In this document: piece after piece, positions 1-9,205 of the stretch
Layout of the letters: each line of letters opens with the position of its first letter
Numbering within the stretch: the stretch's first letter is position 1
Program-made: the position numbers and the translations under genes
Assembly: GCA_038212275.1 (NCBI GenBank)
Contig: JBBQUR010000006.1
Span: 96,001-160,000, forward strand
Source of the DNA: Planctomycetota bacterium
GTDB lineage: Bacteria > Planctomycetota > B15-G4
DNA: 64,000 bases
Direction: 5' to 3'
Notes under the pieces: generated by a model
Told to the model about the DNA's origin: nothing
Seen by the model: the letters and a program-made list of their open reading frames with translations, nothing else
The model's database searches: none

Positions 1-350
1 GTCGCGAGATCTGCGAGCAGGAGTGCCGTGGCAAGCGTCGCCAGCAGTGCGACGATTCGTGCTGCTGGCTCGATGTCCAGCGGCAGTCGGCTCGCGAGCA
101 TCACCAGCCATGGCAGCCCCGGCGGATGATGGCTGTAGAACTCGGCTCCGGCGACGTCTGCGGGCGGCACGGGATTCACGACGGGCACGCCGTGCGTGGG
201 GAGCAAGCCGAGCGCCTGCTCATTGCGCGCGAAGATCGCGAACATGGCGCCGCAGTTCCCGTTCTGCCCGTCGGTGAATGGACCCGCGAGCCCACCGACG
301 TGGAGCGCGAGTCCGAGCAAGGTGATGAGGACGAAACGTCCTCTGGTCAG
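1..350 (-). CDS. Partial GT-C/ArnT (GT39/GT83-like) membrane glycosyltransferase; 3' end runs off the window and the start codon is uncertain (frame stays open further upstream)
   Basis: Manual minus-strand translation: LTRGRFVLITLLGLALHVGGLAGPFTDGQNGNCGAMFAIFARN...EFYSHHPPGLPWLVMLASRL...ARIVALLATLATALLL. A TM helix, an acidic loop and a Y-x-HHPPG motif are typical of the first loop of ArnT/PMT-like enzymes. Not in the ORF track because it is truncated. Confidence 0.55.
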   Translation of the reverse strand, partial: MTRGRFVLITLLGLALHVGGLAGPFTDGQNGNCGAMFAIFARNEQALGLLPTHGVPVVNPVPPADVAGAEFYSHHPPGLPWLVMLASRLPLDIEPAARIVALLATLATALLLADLA

Positions 351-733
351 TCCGGGTCGTGTCGTCGGCAGGCGCGCGCGGGAATCTCCGCCGCCACCGG
401 ACGTGTCGGCATCGTGTGCATCTCCACCTGCGTCAGCCGCCAGCTTGCCGACGCGATCCTGCGCTCCGGTCCCGGCCCCGGTGTCGGACTGCGTCGGGCG
501 GCGACTGTCCTGCGGCTTCAGCGGGCTGGTCCTTTGCGACGTGGGGTCGGATGCGTGCGGGGACTGATCGCGCCAGGAGTCTGCCGGCGTGACGGCAAGG
601 CCAGCGCCAAGGATCGCTGCTGCGTGCGCGAGTGCAAGCGTCGGCTGGAGGCATGTCGCGGGCCACGCCTTGATTCCCGACGCGAAGGACCCACACTTGG
701 CGTTCCCCCGCCAGACTGCCTGGAGTCCCGCAG

Positions 734-2920
734 ATGTCCGTCGCGAATGCCCCCTTCCAATCGGCCCGGAACGGCATCGGCGCCCTGAGGCTCGACTCGG
801 CGGTCACGGACCGCACGCTTGCCGCCCTGAAACCATGGCTCACGGAGGACCAGTTCGCGGCCTGGCGCCCCCAGCTCGAGTCGCTCATCGAGCGCGGGAA
901 ATTCGAACTTCTCGTGGACGCGTTCTGGCAGGTCATCCCGTTCGGCACGGGCGGCCGGCGCGGGCCGGTGGGGATCGGCCCCAATCGCTTCAATGCATGG
1001 ACCCTCGGTACATCGGTTCAGGGCCACGCCGAGATCCTCAAGGAGACGTATCCCGACGAAGACGTCTCGGTCGTCATCGCCTACGACGTGCGCGTCTTTC
1101 GCGACGTGCGCGGCATCTACGACCCCGCGCTGCCCAACCCGCTGCTCGGCACGACCTCGGCGGACTTCGCGATGCAGGCGGCAGGCGTGTATGCGGCCAA
1201 CGGCGTGCGCGTGCACATCCTCGATCCGGCGCGCGGCAGCTTCATGTCCACGCCGGAACTCTCGCTTGCGATCCGCCGGCTGGGAGCGCATGGCGGACTC
1301 AACGTCTCGGCCAGCCACAATCACCCCGACGACAACGGCGGCAAGTTCTACAACCGGCACGGCGGACAGGACGTTCCGCCGCATGACGAAATCCTCGCGC
1401 AGCGCGTCGAGCGCGTCGCGTCCGTGCGCAGCCTGCCTTACACACGCGCGCTGTCCGAAGGCTGGGTCACGCTCATCACGGAGGAGCAGAACCGACACTA
1501 TCTGAACGTGAATCGACGCTTGTCGCTGTGCCCGGAGCAGCGCGGCGGACGCATCGTCTTCACGCCGCTCAACGGCACGGGCTCGTGCACGGTGGGGCGC
1601 CTGCTTCGCGCGGAGGGCTTCGACGTCCGCGACGTCCCGAGTCAGGCCGCCTTCGACGGCGGCTTCACCCACGTGAAGTTCCTGGCTCCGAATCCGGAAG
1701 TGCCGGCCTGTTTCGAGGAGGCCGAAAAGGTCGCGACAGCGTGCGATGCCGACATGATCCTCGCCACGGATCCGGATGCGGACCGGATCGGGCTTGAGGT
1801 GCGACGCCCTGACGGCAGCTGGCGCTTCGTGAGCGGCAACGAGATCCTTTTCCTCGTGACACGTTTCGTGCTTGGGCGCCGTCGCGATCTCGGCAAGCTC
1901 CCCACGGACGCCTTCCTCCTGAAGACCGAGGTCACGTCGACGCTCGTCGCGACGATCGCGCGCAGCTACGGCTGCTCCGTCGTCGGGCGGTTGCTGGTCG
2001 GCTTCAAGTACATGGGCGAGGTGCTCGCGTCCCTCGAACAGACCGGCCGCTGGGAGGAGTTGCGAGCGAAGCCCGAGAGCTTCGTGCTCGGTGCCGAGGA
2101 GAGCCACGGCCTGCTGCTCACGCCCGCCATCCGCGACAAGGATGCGGGCGGCGCCGCGCTGGCGCTCGCGGAGCTCAACGCGTTGCTGAAGAGCCAGGGC
2201 CGCACGCTGCTCTCGGAGCTGGACGCGATCTACGCGCGCTTCGGCTACATGAGCAACCGCCTGGTGAACACGGTGATGTCCGGGTCGGCCGGGCTCTCGC
2301 GCATCCGCGACATCCAGGCCAGCCTGCGAAAGGATCCTCCGGTGGAGGTAGCCGGCATCGCGATCACGCATTGCGCAGACCTGCTCTCGGAAGACTGCTG
2401 GCTGGGCCCGATCAAATCCGGCACGGACGCCGCCTCGCGCAACGTGCTCGTCTTCACGCTGGCGGACGACAGCCGCGTGATCATCCGCCCCAGCGGCACG
2501 GAGCCGAAGAACAAGATCTACATCGAGGTGCCGGGCCGCACGCCCAAGGCCGACCTCACCACGGCGGAACTGCAGGTCGAACGCGAGCGCTGCGAGAACC
2601 GCGCCGTCGTGCTGGGTCGCGCCTTCGAGCGCCTCATGCTCGCGCGCGTCGGCATCGAGGTGCCCGATTATGCGCTGGCCGTGTCGGGGCTCGTGGGGCT
2701 CGACCAGAAGCAGCACTTCGCGCAGGTGTTCCTGCCCGACCTGGAGCAACGGGCGCGCGCGGGCGTCGACTTGACCGCCTTCGTCGAGCAGAGCCTCAAG
2801 CCGTACGGCAAGGATCCGCGGGACCTCGTGGCCTCGGGCGTGGCCGCCTGGCTGGCCATCACGGACCTGCCGGCTCCGGCGGCCGCGGCGATCCGCAGGG
2901 AGTTCCGCCTGGCGACCTGA
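734..2920 (+). CDS. Phosphoglucomutase/phosphomannomutase (alpha-D-phosphohexomutase family) with C-terminal extension
   Basis: FGTGGRRG, catalytic-Ser loop VSASHNHPDDNGGK, metal loop DPDADR, sugar loop GAEESHG, phosphate loop IRPSGTEPK. Confidence 0.93.
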   Translation: MSVANAPFQSARNGIGALRLDSAVTDRTLAALKPWLTEDQFAAWRPQLESLIERGKFELLVDAFWQVIPFGTGGRRGPVGIGPNRFNAWTLGTSVQGHAEILKETYPDEDVSVVIAYDVRVFRDVRGIYDPALPNPLLGTTSADFAMQAAGVYAANGVRVHILDPARGSFMSTPELSLAIRRLGAHGGLNVSASHNHPDDNGGKFYNRHGGQDVPPHDEILAQRVERVASVRSLPYTRALSEGWVTLITEEQNRHYLNVNRRLSLCPEQRGGRIVFTPLNGTGSCTVGRLLRAEGFDVRDVPSQAAFDGGFTHVKFLAPNPEVPACFEEAEKVATACDADMILATDPDADRIGLEVRRPDGSWRFVSGNEILFLVTRFVLGRRRDLGKLPTDAFLLKTEVTSTLVATIARSYGCSVVGRLLVGFKYMGEVLASLEQTGRWEELRAKPESFVLGAEESHGLLLTPAIRDKDAGGAALALAELNALLKSQGRTLLSELDAIYARFGYMSNRLVNTVMSGSAGLSRIRDIQASLRKDPPVEVAGIAITHCADLLSEDCWLGPIKSGTDAASRNVLVFTLADDSRVIIRPSGTEPKNKIYIEVPGRTPKADLTTAELQVERERCENRAVVLGRAFERLMLARVGIEVPDYALAVSGLVGLDQKQHFAQVFLPDLEQRARAGVDLTAFVEQSLKPYGKDPRDLVASGVAAWLAITDLPAPAAAAIRREFRLAT

Positions 2921-2971
2921 GTGCCGCCATGCAGCGCGGAGTCGGGGGGGCGACGGACGCGCCGCGGCGCA

Positions 2972-4840
2972 TCAGTGGCCGAGCATGCGCTTGAGATCTT
3001 CGAGGCCCGTCACGAGGGTGGGATCCGAGTCCGCAGCCGCCTGCAACTCCGCGACGATGGCGGCTGCCGCGGCCGGATCGTGATACGGGTTGCCGGGGTC
3101 CGGCACCGCATAGAGGAAGCCGCGATTGAGGCGCGTGGCGGCATGGCCCGGCATCCCTTGCTCCATGGAGTCGAGCGCCTCCAGGCATTCGGCCCAGCGT
3201 CCCAGCAGCAGGCTTGCCCGCGCCTGCAGGAGCAACGCGCGTGAGAAGCCAGGCTTCTCGGCCAGCGCGACATGTGCGTCGGCGAGTGCGGCCTCGACAG
3301 CCTGAAGGTCGCCGGGACGAGCCAGCGCGAGGCGCGCCTGCCCGGTGCTCGCCAACCCGTTGGCTCGAGTCGTGGCGTGATGCGCTGCCGGAAGCTGCGA
3401 GAACAGCGTGACGGCCGCCACGACCGCAAGTGCGGCACATCCACGCGCGAGTCCGGTGTGTCCGGCGCGGATTCTGTCCCATGCGGCGGCCCCGCCGATG
3501 GCGAGCAGCGGGATGAGGGGCAGGCGGAAGCGGCTGTAATGAAAGAAGAGCAGTGCCGTGAGCACCACCATGCCGCCGAGCGCGAGCATTGGCAGGCGCG
3601 GGGCGCGCCTCCAGCGTGCGCCCAGCACCGCGGCGCCGAGGCACAGCCCGAGCAGCACGCCGAAGGGCAGCGCGAGCAGCCGGAGCGGAGCGATGAGTCC
3701 GCGACCGGTCTCGGGGAAACTGGCGATGTCGGTCTCGAAGGATTCGGTGAGCGCCCGCGCGCGGAGCAGAACGCGCTGCAGGAACAGGCCCGGCCGTGAG
3801 GCGATGGCAGACAGGGTTGAGCGCACGAACCAGCCGGACACCGCGCCGTCCGAGAGCGCATGGCCGGCCTCGCGCTCGGCGATGCTTCGGGCCACGTCGG
3901 CCTGGCTCGCGATGTCGCCGAAGGCCTCCTTGTCGCTGCCGAAGGTACCGGTGAGGGGCCCGGTGTTCGCGAGCCAGAGGTTCACGCCGCCGTTGTCGGA
4001 GACCAGGATGACGTCACCGCTGGCGCGCAGGTTGTGCATCGCCGACGGCAGCAGCACGAGCACGGCGGCCACGGCGCACGCCAGCCACGGTCGGTGCGGG
4101 AGCGTGCCTGCCCAGAGCAGCAGGACGGGCAGGAGCAGCAGCGCCTGCGGGCGCAGCAGCGCTGCAAGAGCCAGAAGCGCACCGAGCAGTGCCGCGCGCG
4201 CCGTCACGCCGCGCGGCTTCGAGCCTGACGGCCCTGATGCCGCGGCCACTTGCCCGTGTGCGGCCGCCGCAAGGGCGTCCGCCGCGACGAGCGCCGCGAG
4301 CAGTGCCAGGCACGCCAGCGAGTCGCCCAGCAGGCGCGTCTCGTAGAAGCTCAGCGGGCCGTAGAAAAGCGTGAGCGCCGCGGCCAGCATCGCGCCAGAG
4401 TGCGAGATCCGTCGCCGCGCCAGGATGTAGGTCAGGGCGAGCAGCAGCGTCCCGCCAGCGGCCTGCAGCAGCAGTGCTGCCGCGAACTCGCCGTGCACGA
4501 CACCGGGCAGCGAGGCCAGGATCCGTGGATAGAGCGGGGGCAGATGATAGCTCTGCGCGGCGAGCGGGTCCGCCTCCACGCCGGCGAGGCCGCTCGCGCG
4601 GTCGAGGTAGTAGGCCGCATCGCTGGTGGGCAGTTGCGCGAGCGGATCCTCGGCGAGCGCCGACATCGCGATGACCAGCTTCAGGATGAGCGCGACGCCG
4701 AGCAGCAGGAGCAACGGCCGGCCGCCATCACGCAGAAGCGCGAGGGGCATCTCGGGCTCGGCAGGCTCGGCAGCCGACGCCGACCCCGGGTGCGGCGGCG
4801 GAAGGTGCGATCGGTCCTCCCTGCGGCGCGTTGAAGGCAT
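2972..4840 (-). CDS. GT-C (ArnT/PMT-like) membrane glycosyltransferase with C-terminal TPR-like region; alternative start at 4750
   Basis: C-terminal part of ORF 2972..5944: PTSDAAYY loop, YHLPPLYP, many TM helices, LRPQ, NGGVNLWLAN, SRFRLP, then helical TPR-like repeats (ALAEKPGFSRALLLQARASLLLGRW). Confidence 0.75.
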   Translation of the reverse strand: MPSTRRREDRSHLPPPHPGSASAAEPAEPEMPLALLRDGGRPLLLLLGVALILKLVIAMSALAEDPLAQLPTSDAAYYLDRASGLAGVEADPLAAQSYHLPPLYPRILASLPGVVHGEFAAALLLQAAGGTLLLALTYILARRRISHSGAMLAAALTLFYGPLSFYETRLLGDSLACLALLAALVAADALAAAAHGQVAAASGPSGSKPRGVTARAALLGALLALAALLRPQALLLLPVLLLWAGTLPHRPWLACAVAAVLVLLPSAMHNLRASGDVILVSDNGGVNLWLANTGPLTGTFGSDKEAFGDIASQADVARSIAEREAGHALSDGAVSGWFVRSTLSAIASRPGLFLQRVLLRARALTESFETDIASFPETGRGLIAPLRLLALPFGVLLGLCLGAAVLGARWRRAPRLPMLALGGMVVLTALLFFHYSRFRLPLIPLLAIGGAAAWDRIRAGHTGLARGCAALAVVAAVTLFSQLPAAHHATTRANGLASTGQARLALARPGDLQAVEAALADAHVALAEKPGFSRALLLQARASLLLGRWAECLEALDSMEQGMPGHAATRLNRGFLYAVPDPGNPYHDPAAAAAIVAELQAAADSDPTLVTGLEDLKRMLGH

Positions 4841-4954
4841 GCGGGCCGAGCGTATCATGCGGCCGTCACCTTGCGGTGCGTCGGACGCGCAGGTCCGGTT
4901 CGACGTGGGCGGCGTGATGACTGCGCTGACGGCGCGACAGGGCGGGAGTAGCCG

Positions 4955-7411
4955 ATGAGCCGTGAGCCCCCGGGCCTTGCCAGCAGGGAGAGCTTGTGCG
5001 CCGCCTTGTCCTGCGCGGTGCTCGTCGCGCTGCTGCTCGCGCCCGTCCTGTTCGGCGGAAAGAGCGCGCTGTCCTTCGAGTCGAGTGACCCGCGCATCGA
5101 CGTGCGGCCCTGGGCACAGGCCGCGGCGCCCGGCACGCCGCTGCCGGCGATCAATCCGATCACGTCGGACGTGAACTTCTACGTGCTGCCCGGACTCATC
5201 CGGCAGCGCCAGAGCGAGGCGTCGGGAGATCCCGGGCTGTGGGAAGACCGGCAGCTCCTCGGCTGCCCGCTGCGCGGCAACGTTCCCTTCCCGGACTTTT
5301 CGCCCGCGGCGTGGCTGCTCACGACGCTTGACCCTGTCTCCACGCTGGATTGGATGTTGTGGCTGCACCTGAGCGTGGCCGCATGGCTCGCGTACCGGGC
5401 GATGCGCCTGCTCGGCGCTGGCCCGCCCGCCGCCGCGTGCGCCGCCGCCGGATTCGCCTTGTCGGGCTGGATGTCGACGCGCTGGCACCTGCCGCACATC
5501 GTGTACACGACGGCCTGGTGGCCGGGCCTGATCGCTTCGCTCGGCTGGTGGAAGCGCGGCGCACTCTGGAGAGGCACCGCCGAGGGCGCGTTCTTCCTCG
5601 GCGTCATGCTGCGTTCCGGACATCCGCAGGTGGGACTCACACTGCTCCTGGCATGGATGGCTCTGGTCGTCGCGATGCGGCCCTTGCCGCTGCGGCGCCT
5701 GGTCATGCCGACGGCGCTGTTGAGTGTGCTGGGGGTGATGCTCGCCCTGCCTCCGCTGCTGGTGCTCGGCGAGACGTACGGGGAGTCGCTGCGCGCCACG
5801 CCGGAGACACGGGACATCACTGCCACGCAGGGCATGGCGCCGGGAGCGCTGTGCGCGTTGCTGTTGCCCGAGTTCTTCGGGCGCCCGTCCGACTTCGCCG
5901 GTGAGGATCCGCCGGCTGCCTCGATGAAGGAGTGGTTGCCGCAACGCCTGCTGCTCTCGGACGCGGCCTCGGACAACGTCGTCGAGAATGCGCTGTATCC
6001 GGGCGCGGTGCTGCTGCTGCTGCTGCCGCTCCTGCTGTGGCGCGGTGTCTCGCGCGAGGGTCGCTGGCTGGGTGCGCTGGCTTTCGTTGCCCTGCTGACC
6101 TGCCTCGCATGGCCATGGTTGCAGCGCGCCGTACCTTCCCTTGCCCTCGTCGCTGCCGGAAGCAGCCGACGCCTGCTCGTCGTGTGGTCGGCGGCCGCGC
6201 CGCTTGCAGGCGGCTTCGCCCTGCAGGCCCTCGTCGAGCGTCGCGTGCGCGTGACGACCTGCTGGATCGCCGCGACGCTGTGCGCGCTGGTCGTGCTGGC
6301 GGCTCCGATGCTGGCGGCCCGGCTGCAGGACCCGGCCGCGGACGACTTCGCGCTGCTTCTGGCGATCCAGGCGCGTCGGCAGGTCGCGCTGCTGGTCGCC
6401 GCCACCGTCGGTCTCTGGCTGGCCACGCGCGGCTCGCGCGTGCTGGCCTTCGTCCCGGCGCTGCTGCTGGCACTCGACCTCGCGGCGCTGGCCCTGGTGT
6501 TCAATCCTTTCCAGGAGCAGCGCGACCCCTTCCCGTCCACGCCGTCACTGGTGGCGCTGGCCGGCCGCGACGGGCGCGTGGCGGTGCTGGGGGACTCCCA
6601 TCTGCTGCCGCCCACGGCGGCTGCCACCGCGGGCATCGAGAGCGTCCACGGCGTGGCGGGCCTGCTGGGTCGGCGCACGGCCGAGCTGCTCGCCTGCATC
6701 GAGGGGCCGCTGTACGACCCGACCGACCCGCGTGTGCTGCGGCCCTTCCATGAGGCTGCGAGCCTCAGCCACCCGTTGCTCGACCTCCTCGCGGTGAGCA
6801 CCGTCGTGCATGCCGACCCCGGCCTTGCGGCGGCGAGCGGCTGGACCGTGCTCTTCGAGAATCCCGCGGAAGGCCTCGGCGCGGTGGCCCGGCCGACACC
6901 GGGGCCGCGCGCCTTCGTCTGCGGAGGCGCGGAGCTCGTGACCGACGACCACGAACGCCTGCAGCGCCTCGCCTCGCGGGACTTTCCAGTGCACGGCACG
7001 GTACTGCTGGAACGTGACACCGGGCTCTCCTTGCCTTCGCAGGGACCGATGCTCCCCGCGCGCCTCCTCGCCGCCGCCGACGCTTCGCCCGGGCAACCCG
7101 GCACGGTGAGACTGCAGACGGCCGCGCCGTTCGACGGAGTGCTGGTGCTTGCCAACTCGTGGGACCCGGGCTGGCGTGTGAGCGTGGACGGAGTGGACGG
7201 TCGCGTGCTCATCGCGGACCACGCCTTGCTGGGAGTGGCCTTGCCCGCGGGGGAGCATCTCGTGAGCTTCTCCTACGATCCGCACGGTCAGGGGCGCGCA
7301 CAGCTGGCCGCACTCGCGGCACTCGCCGGACTGATGGCCGTCGCCTGGGCGGCCTTCCGCGAGCGCCGCGCCTCGCAGTCGATGGACTCGCAAGCCTCCC
7401 GGCTGGCCTGA
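4955..7411 (+). CDS. YfhO-like multi-pass membrane protein (putative GT-C glycosyltransferase)
   Basis: N-terminal D...PGLW...LLGCP...FSP, HLSVA, AGFALSGW, SGHPQ; C-terminal GVLVLANSWDPGWRVSVDG...GVALPAGEHLVSFSYDP followed by a final TM helix, typical of YfhO. Confidence 0.8.
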   Translation: MSREPPGLASRESLCAALSCAVLVALLLAPVLFGGKSALSFESSDPRIDVRPWAQAAAPGTPLPAINPITSDVNFYVLPGLIRQRQSEASGDPGLWEDRQLLGCPLRGNVPFPDFSPAAWLLTTLDPVSTLDWMLWLHLSVAAWLAYRAMRLLGAGPPAAACAAAGFALSGWMSTRWHLPHIVYTTAWWPGLIASLGWWKRGALWRGTAEGAFFLGVMLRSGHPQVGLTLLLAWMALVVAMRPLPLRRLVMPTALLSVLGVMLALPPLLVLGETYGESLRATPETRDITATQGMAPGALCALLLPEFFGRPSDFAGEDPPAASMKEWLPQRLLLSDAASDNVVENALYPGAVLLLLLPLLLWRGVSREGRWLGALAFVALLTCLAWPWLQRAVPSLALVAAGSSRRLLVVWSAAAPLAGGFALQALVERRVRVTTCWIAATLCALVVLAAPMLAARLQDPAADDFALLLAIQARRQVALLVAATVGLWLATRGSRVLAFVPALLLALDLAALALVFNPFQEQRDPFPSTPSLVALAGRDGRVAVLGDSHLLPPTAAATAGIESVHGVAGLLGRRTAELLACIEGPLYDPTDPRVLRPFHEAASLSHPLLDLLAVSTVVHADPGLAAASGWTVLFENPAEGLGAVARPTPGPRAFVCGGAELVTDDHERLQRLASRDFPVHGTVLLERDTGLSLPSQGPMLPARLLAAADASPGQPGTVRLQTAAPFDGVLVLANSWDPGWRVSVDGVDGRVLIADHALLGVALPAGEHLVSFSYDPHGQGRAQLAALAALAGLMAVAWAAFRERRASQSMDSQASRLA

Positions 7412-7458
7412 GCGCTTCGAGCAGGTCGCTCGAGGCGACCGGCCGCTCCACCGGCCCG

Positions 7459-7566
7459 TGACCGGTGCGATGACCGGTGCGATGACCGGTGCGATGACCG
7501 GTGCGATGACCGGTGCGGTGAGCGGTGCGATAGCCGGTGCGTTGATGGCTGCGATGACTGCTGCGG
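7459..7566. repeat. 12-bp tandem repeat (TGACCGGTGCGA) x9, degenerating toward the right
   Basis: Four perfect copies at 7459-7506, then TGACCGGTGCGG, TGAGCGGTGCGA, TAGCCGGTGCGT, TGATGGCTGCGA, TGACTGCTGCGG; intergenic between convergent genes. Confidence 0.9.
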
Positions 7567-7627
7567 CGATCCGGCCAGTGTCTCGGCCGAGGCGTTGTCG
7601 AAGCACTGTCGTGCGCTTCAACGGGCT

Positions 7628-9205
7628 TCATGCGGTCCCCGAGAAATCGAGCAGCGGGAGCCGCAGGGCGAGCGCTTCGTCGATGTCGTGGCATCCGGCT
7701 TCGCCTCGACCATCGAGAGCTGCGATCGTGCGGGCAACCTCGATGAGGCGACGGACCGAACGCCCGGACAGCGCGAAGCTGCCGATGACGCGCTCGAGTC
7801 GTGCGTGCACAGCGCGATCGCGCGGCAACTCGTCGGTGGAGCGGGGCAGGTTGCGCGCGGCAGCCACACGCAGGGCGACGGCGGCGCTGCCCTCCGCACG
7901 GGCGCCGCCCAGCAGGTCGCGCGCCGGCGGCACCGGCACCTCGATGCACAGATCGAGCCGGTCGAGCAGCGGCCCGGAGATGCGCTGGCGGTAGCTCTGC
8001 AGTTGAAGCGGCGTGCACACGCAGCCGCGTCGTGGGTGGCCCAGGTATCCGCACGGGCATGGGTTCATCGCGCCCACCAGCCTGAAGTCTGCGGGGAAGG
8101 TGACCGTGGTGGCCGCGCGTGCCAGCCGCACGGCGCGATCCTCGAGGGGCTGGCGCAGCGCCTCGAGCAGCGAGCGGGGGAACTCGGGCAATTCGTCGAG
8201 GAAGAGCACGCCCGCGTGCGCGAGACTGACCTCGCCGGGCACGAGCGGACTGCCGCCGCCGATGAGTCCCGCACGCGAGATCGTGTGGTGAGGAGCACGA
8301 AACGGGGGCGTGCTGAGGATGCCGGACGGCACGGCCGTGAGTCCGTGCAGCGCCGTGACTTCGAGCGCGGTGGCCTGATCGAGCGGCGGTAGAATGCCCG
8401 GCAGGCGCTGCGCCAGCATCGTCTTGCCGGTGCCTGGCGGGCCCGTGAGCAGCAGGTTGTGACGCCCGGCTGCGGCGATCTCGAGCGTGCGCCGCGCGGC
8501 ACCCTGGCCTCGCACGTCCACGAGATCGAGCTGCGGCGCCGACACGTACCGGAGCGGCGGCGCCTCCGGTGCGGGCAGCCCGGCCAGCACCCCCAGCGCC
8601 TCGGGCAGGTTGCTCACGGCCTCCACAGTGAGTCCGCCGACGAGGCGCGCCTCGCCGCCGTTCTCCGCTGGCAGCAGCAGCCGCGCCATGCCGAGACGGC
8701 GCGCTTCCAGGGCGGAGAGCAGGGCACCACGCACGGGTCGCAGCCGCCCGTCGAGCGCGACCTCCCCGAGGATCGCACGGCCCACGAGGGCCTCCGCTGG
8801 CACGAGGCCAGCCAGCGCCAGGATGCCCACAGCCAGCGGCAGGTCGAAGCCATTGCCCTCCTTGTGCAGGTCGGCAGGGGCGAAGTTGGCGAGCACGGAT
8901 CGCCGCGGCACGGGCAGCCCGCAGCGCTCGAGGCAGCCGCGGATGCGATCGCGCGACTCGCGCAGCGCGTGGCCCGGCAGTCCCGTCATCACGATGCGCT
9001 GCATGAGCCCACCCGTGTACTGCAGCTCGATTTCCACCGGCACCGCACGCGCGCCGTGCAGGCACAGGGTCATGACGCGGCACGAGCGCACGACGGGAAT
9101 GACCGGTGGCTGCACCTCACTGGCCGCGTCGGACGGCGCATCGGACGCCGCCTCGAACGGCGCCTCGAACGGCGGGCCGGGGCGGTCGGTCGGCGGCGCC
9201 GTCAT
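7628..9205 (-). CDS. comM: YifB/ComM family Mg-chelatase-like AAA+ ATPase
   Basis: ESRDRIR, NFAPADLHKEGNGFDLPLA, Walker A GPPGTGKTML, PFRAPHHTIS, GEVSLAHAGVLFLDELPEF, MNPCPCGY, SGPLLDRLDL; ATG overlaps the comEC stop (ATGA). Confidence 0.92.
   Translation of the reverse strand: MTAPPTDRPGPPFEAPFEAASDAPSDAASEVQPPVIPVVRSCRVMTLCLHGARAVPVEIELQYTGGLMQRIVMTGLPGHALRESRDRIRGCLERCGLPVPRRSVLANFAPADLHKEGNGFDLPLAVGILALAGLVPAEALVGRAILGEVALDGRLRPVRGALLSALEARRLGMARLLLPAENGGEARLVGGLTVEAVSNLPEALGVLAGLPAPEAPPLRYVSAPQLDLVDVRGQGAARRTLEIAAAGRHNLLLTGPPGTGKTMLAQRLPGILPPLDQATALEVTALHGLTAVPSGILSTPPFRAPHHTISRAGLIGGGSPLVPGEVSLAHAGVLFLDELPEFPRSLLEALRQPLEDRAVRLARAATTVTFPADFRLVGAMNPCPCGYLGHPRRGCVCTPLQLQSYRQRISGPLLDRLDLCIEVPVPPARDLLGGARAEGSAAVALRVAAARNLPRSTDELPRDRAVHARLERVIGSFALSGRSVRRLIEVARTIAALDGRGEAGCHDIDEALALRLPLLDFSGTA

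Noticed and set aside
2972..5944. 990-aa single protein, and similar N-terminally over-extended ORFs (comM 815 aa, pilM 661 aa, oppB 701 aa)
   Set aside because: The extensions overlap other well-supported genes; starts were reassigned to ATGA/GTGA overlaps or signal-peptide starts
7459..7566. Possible CRISPR array
   Set aside because: Units are 12 bp and directly adjacent, with no unique spacers; no cas genes in the window
7458..7994. ORF 7458..7994 (+) with MTGA repeats as a real gene
   Set aside because: It arises from the minisatellite, overlaps comM antisense for most of its length, and has no recognisable domain
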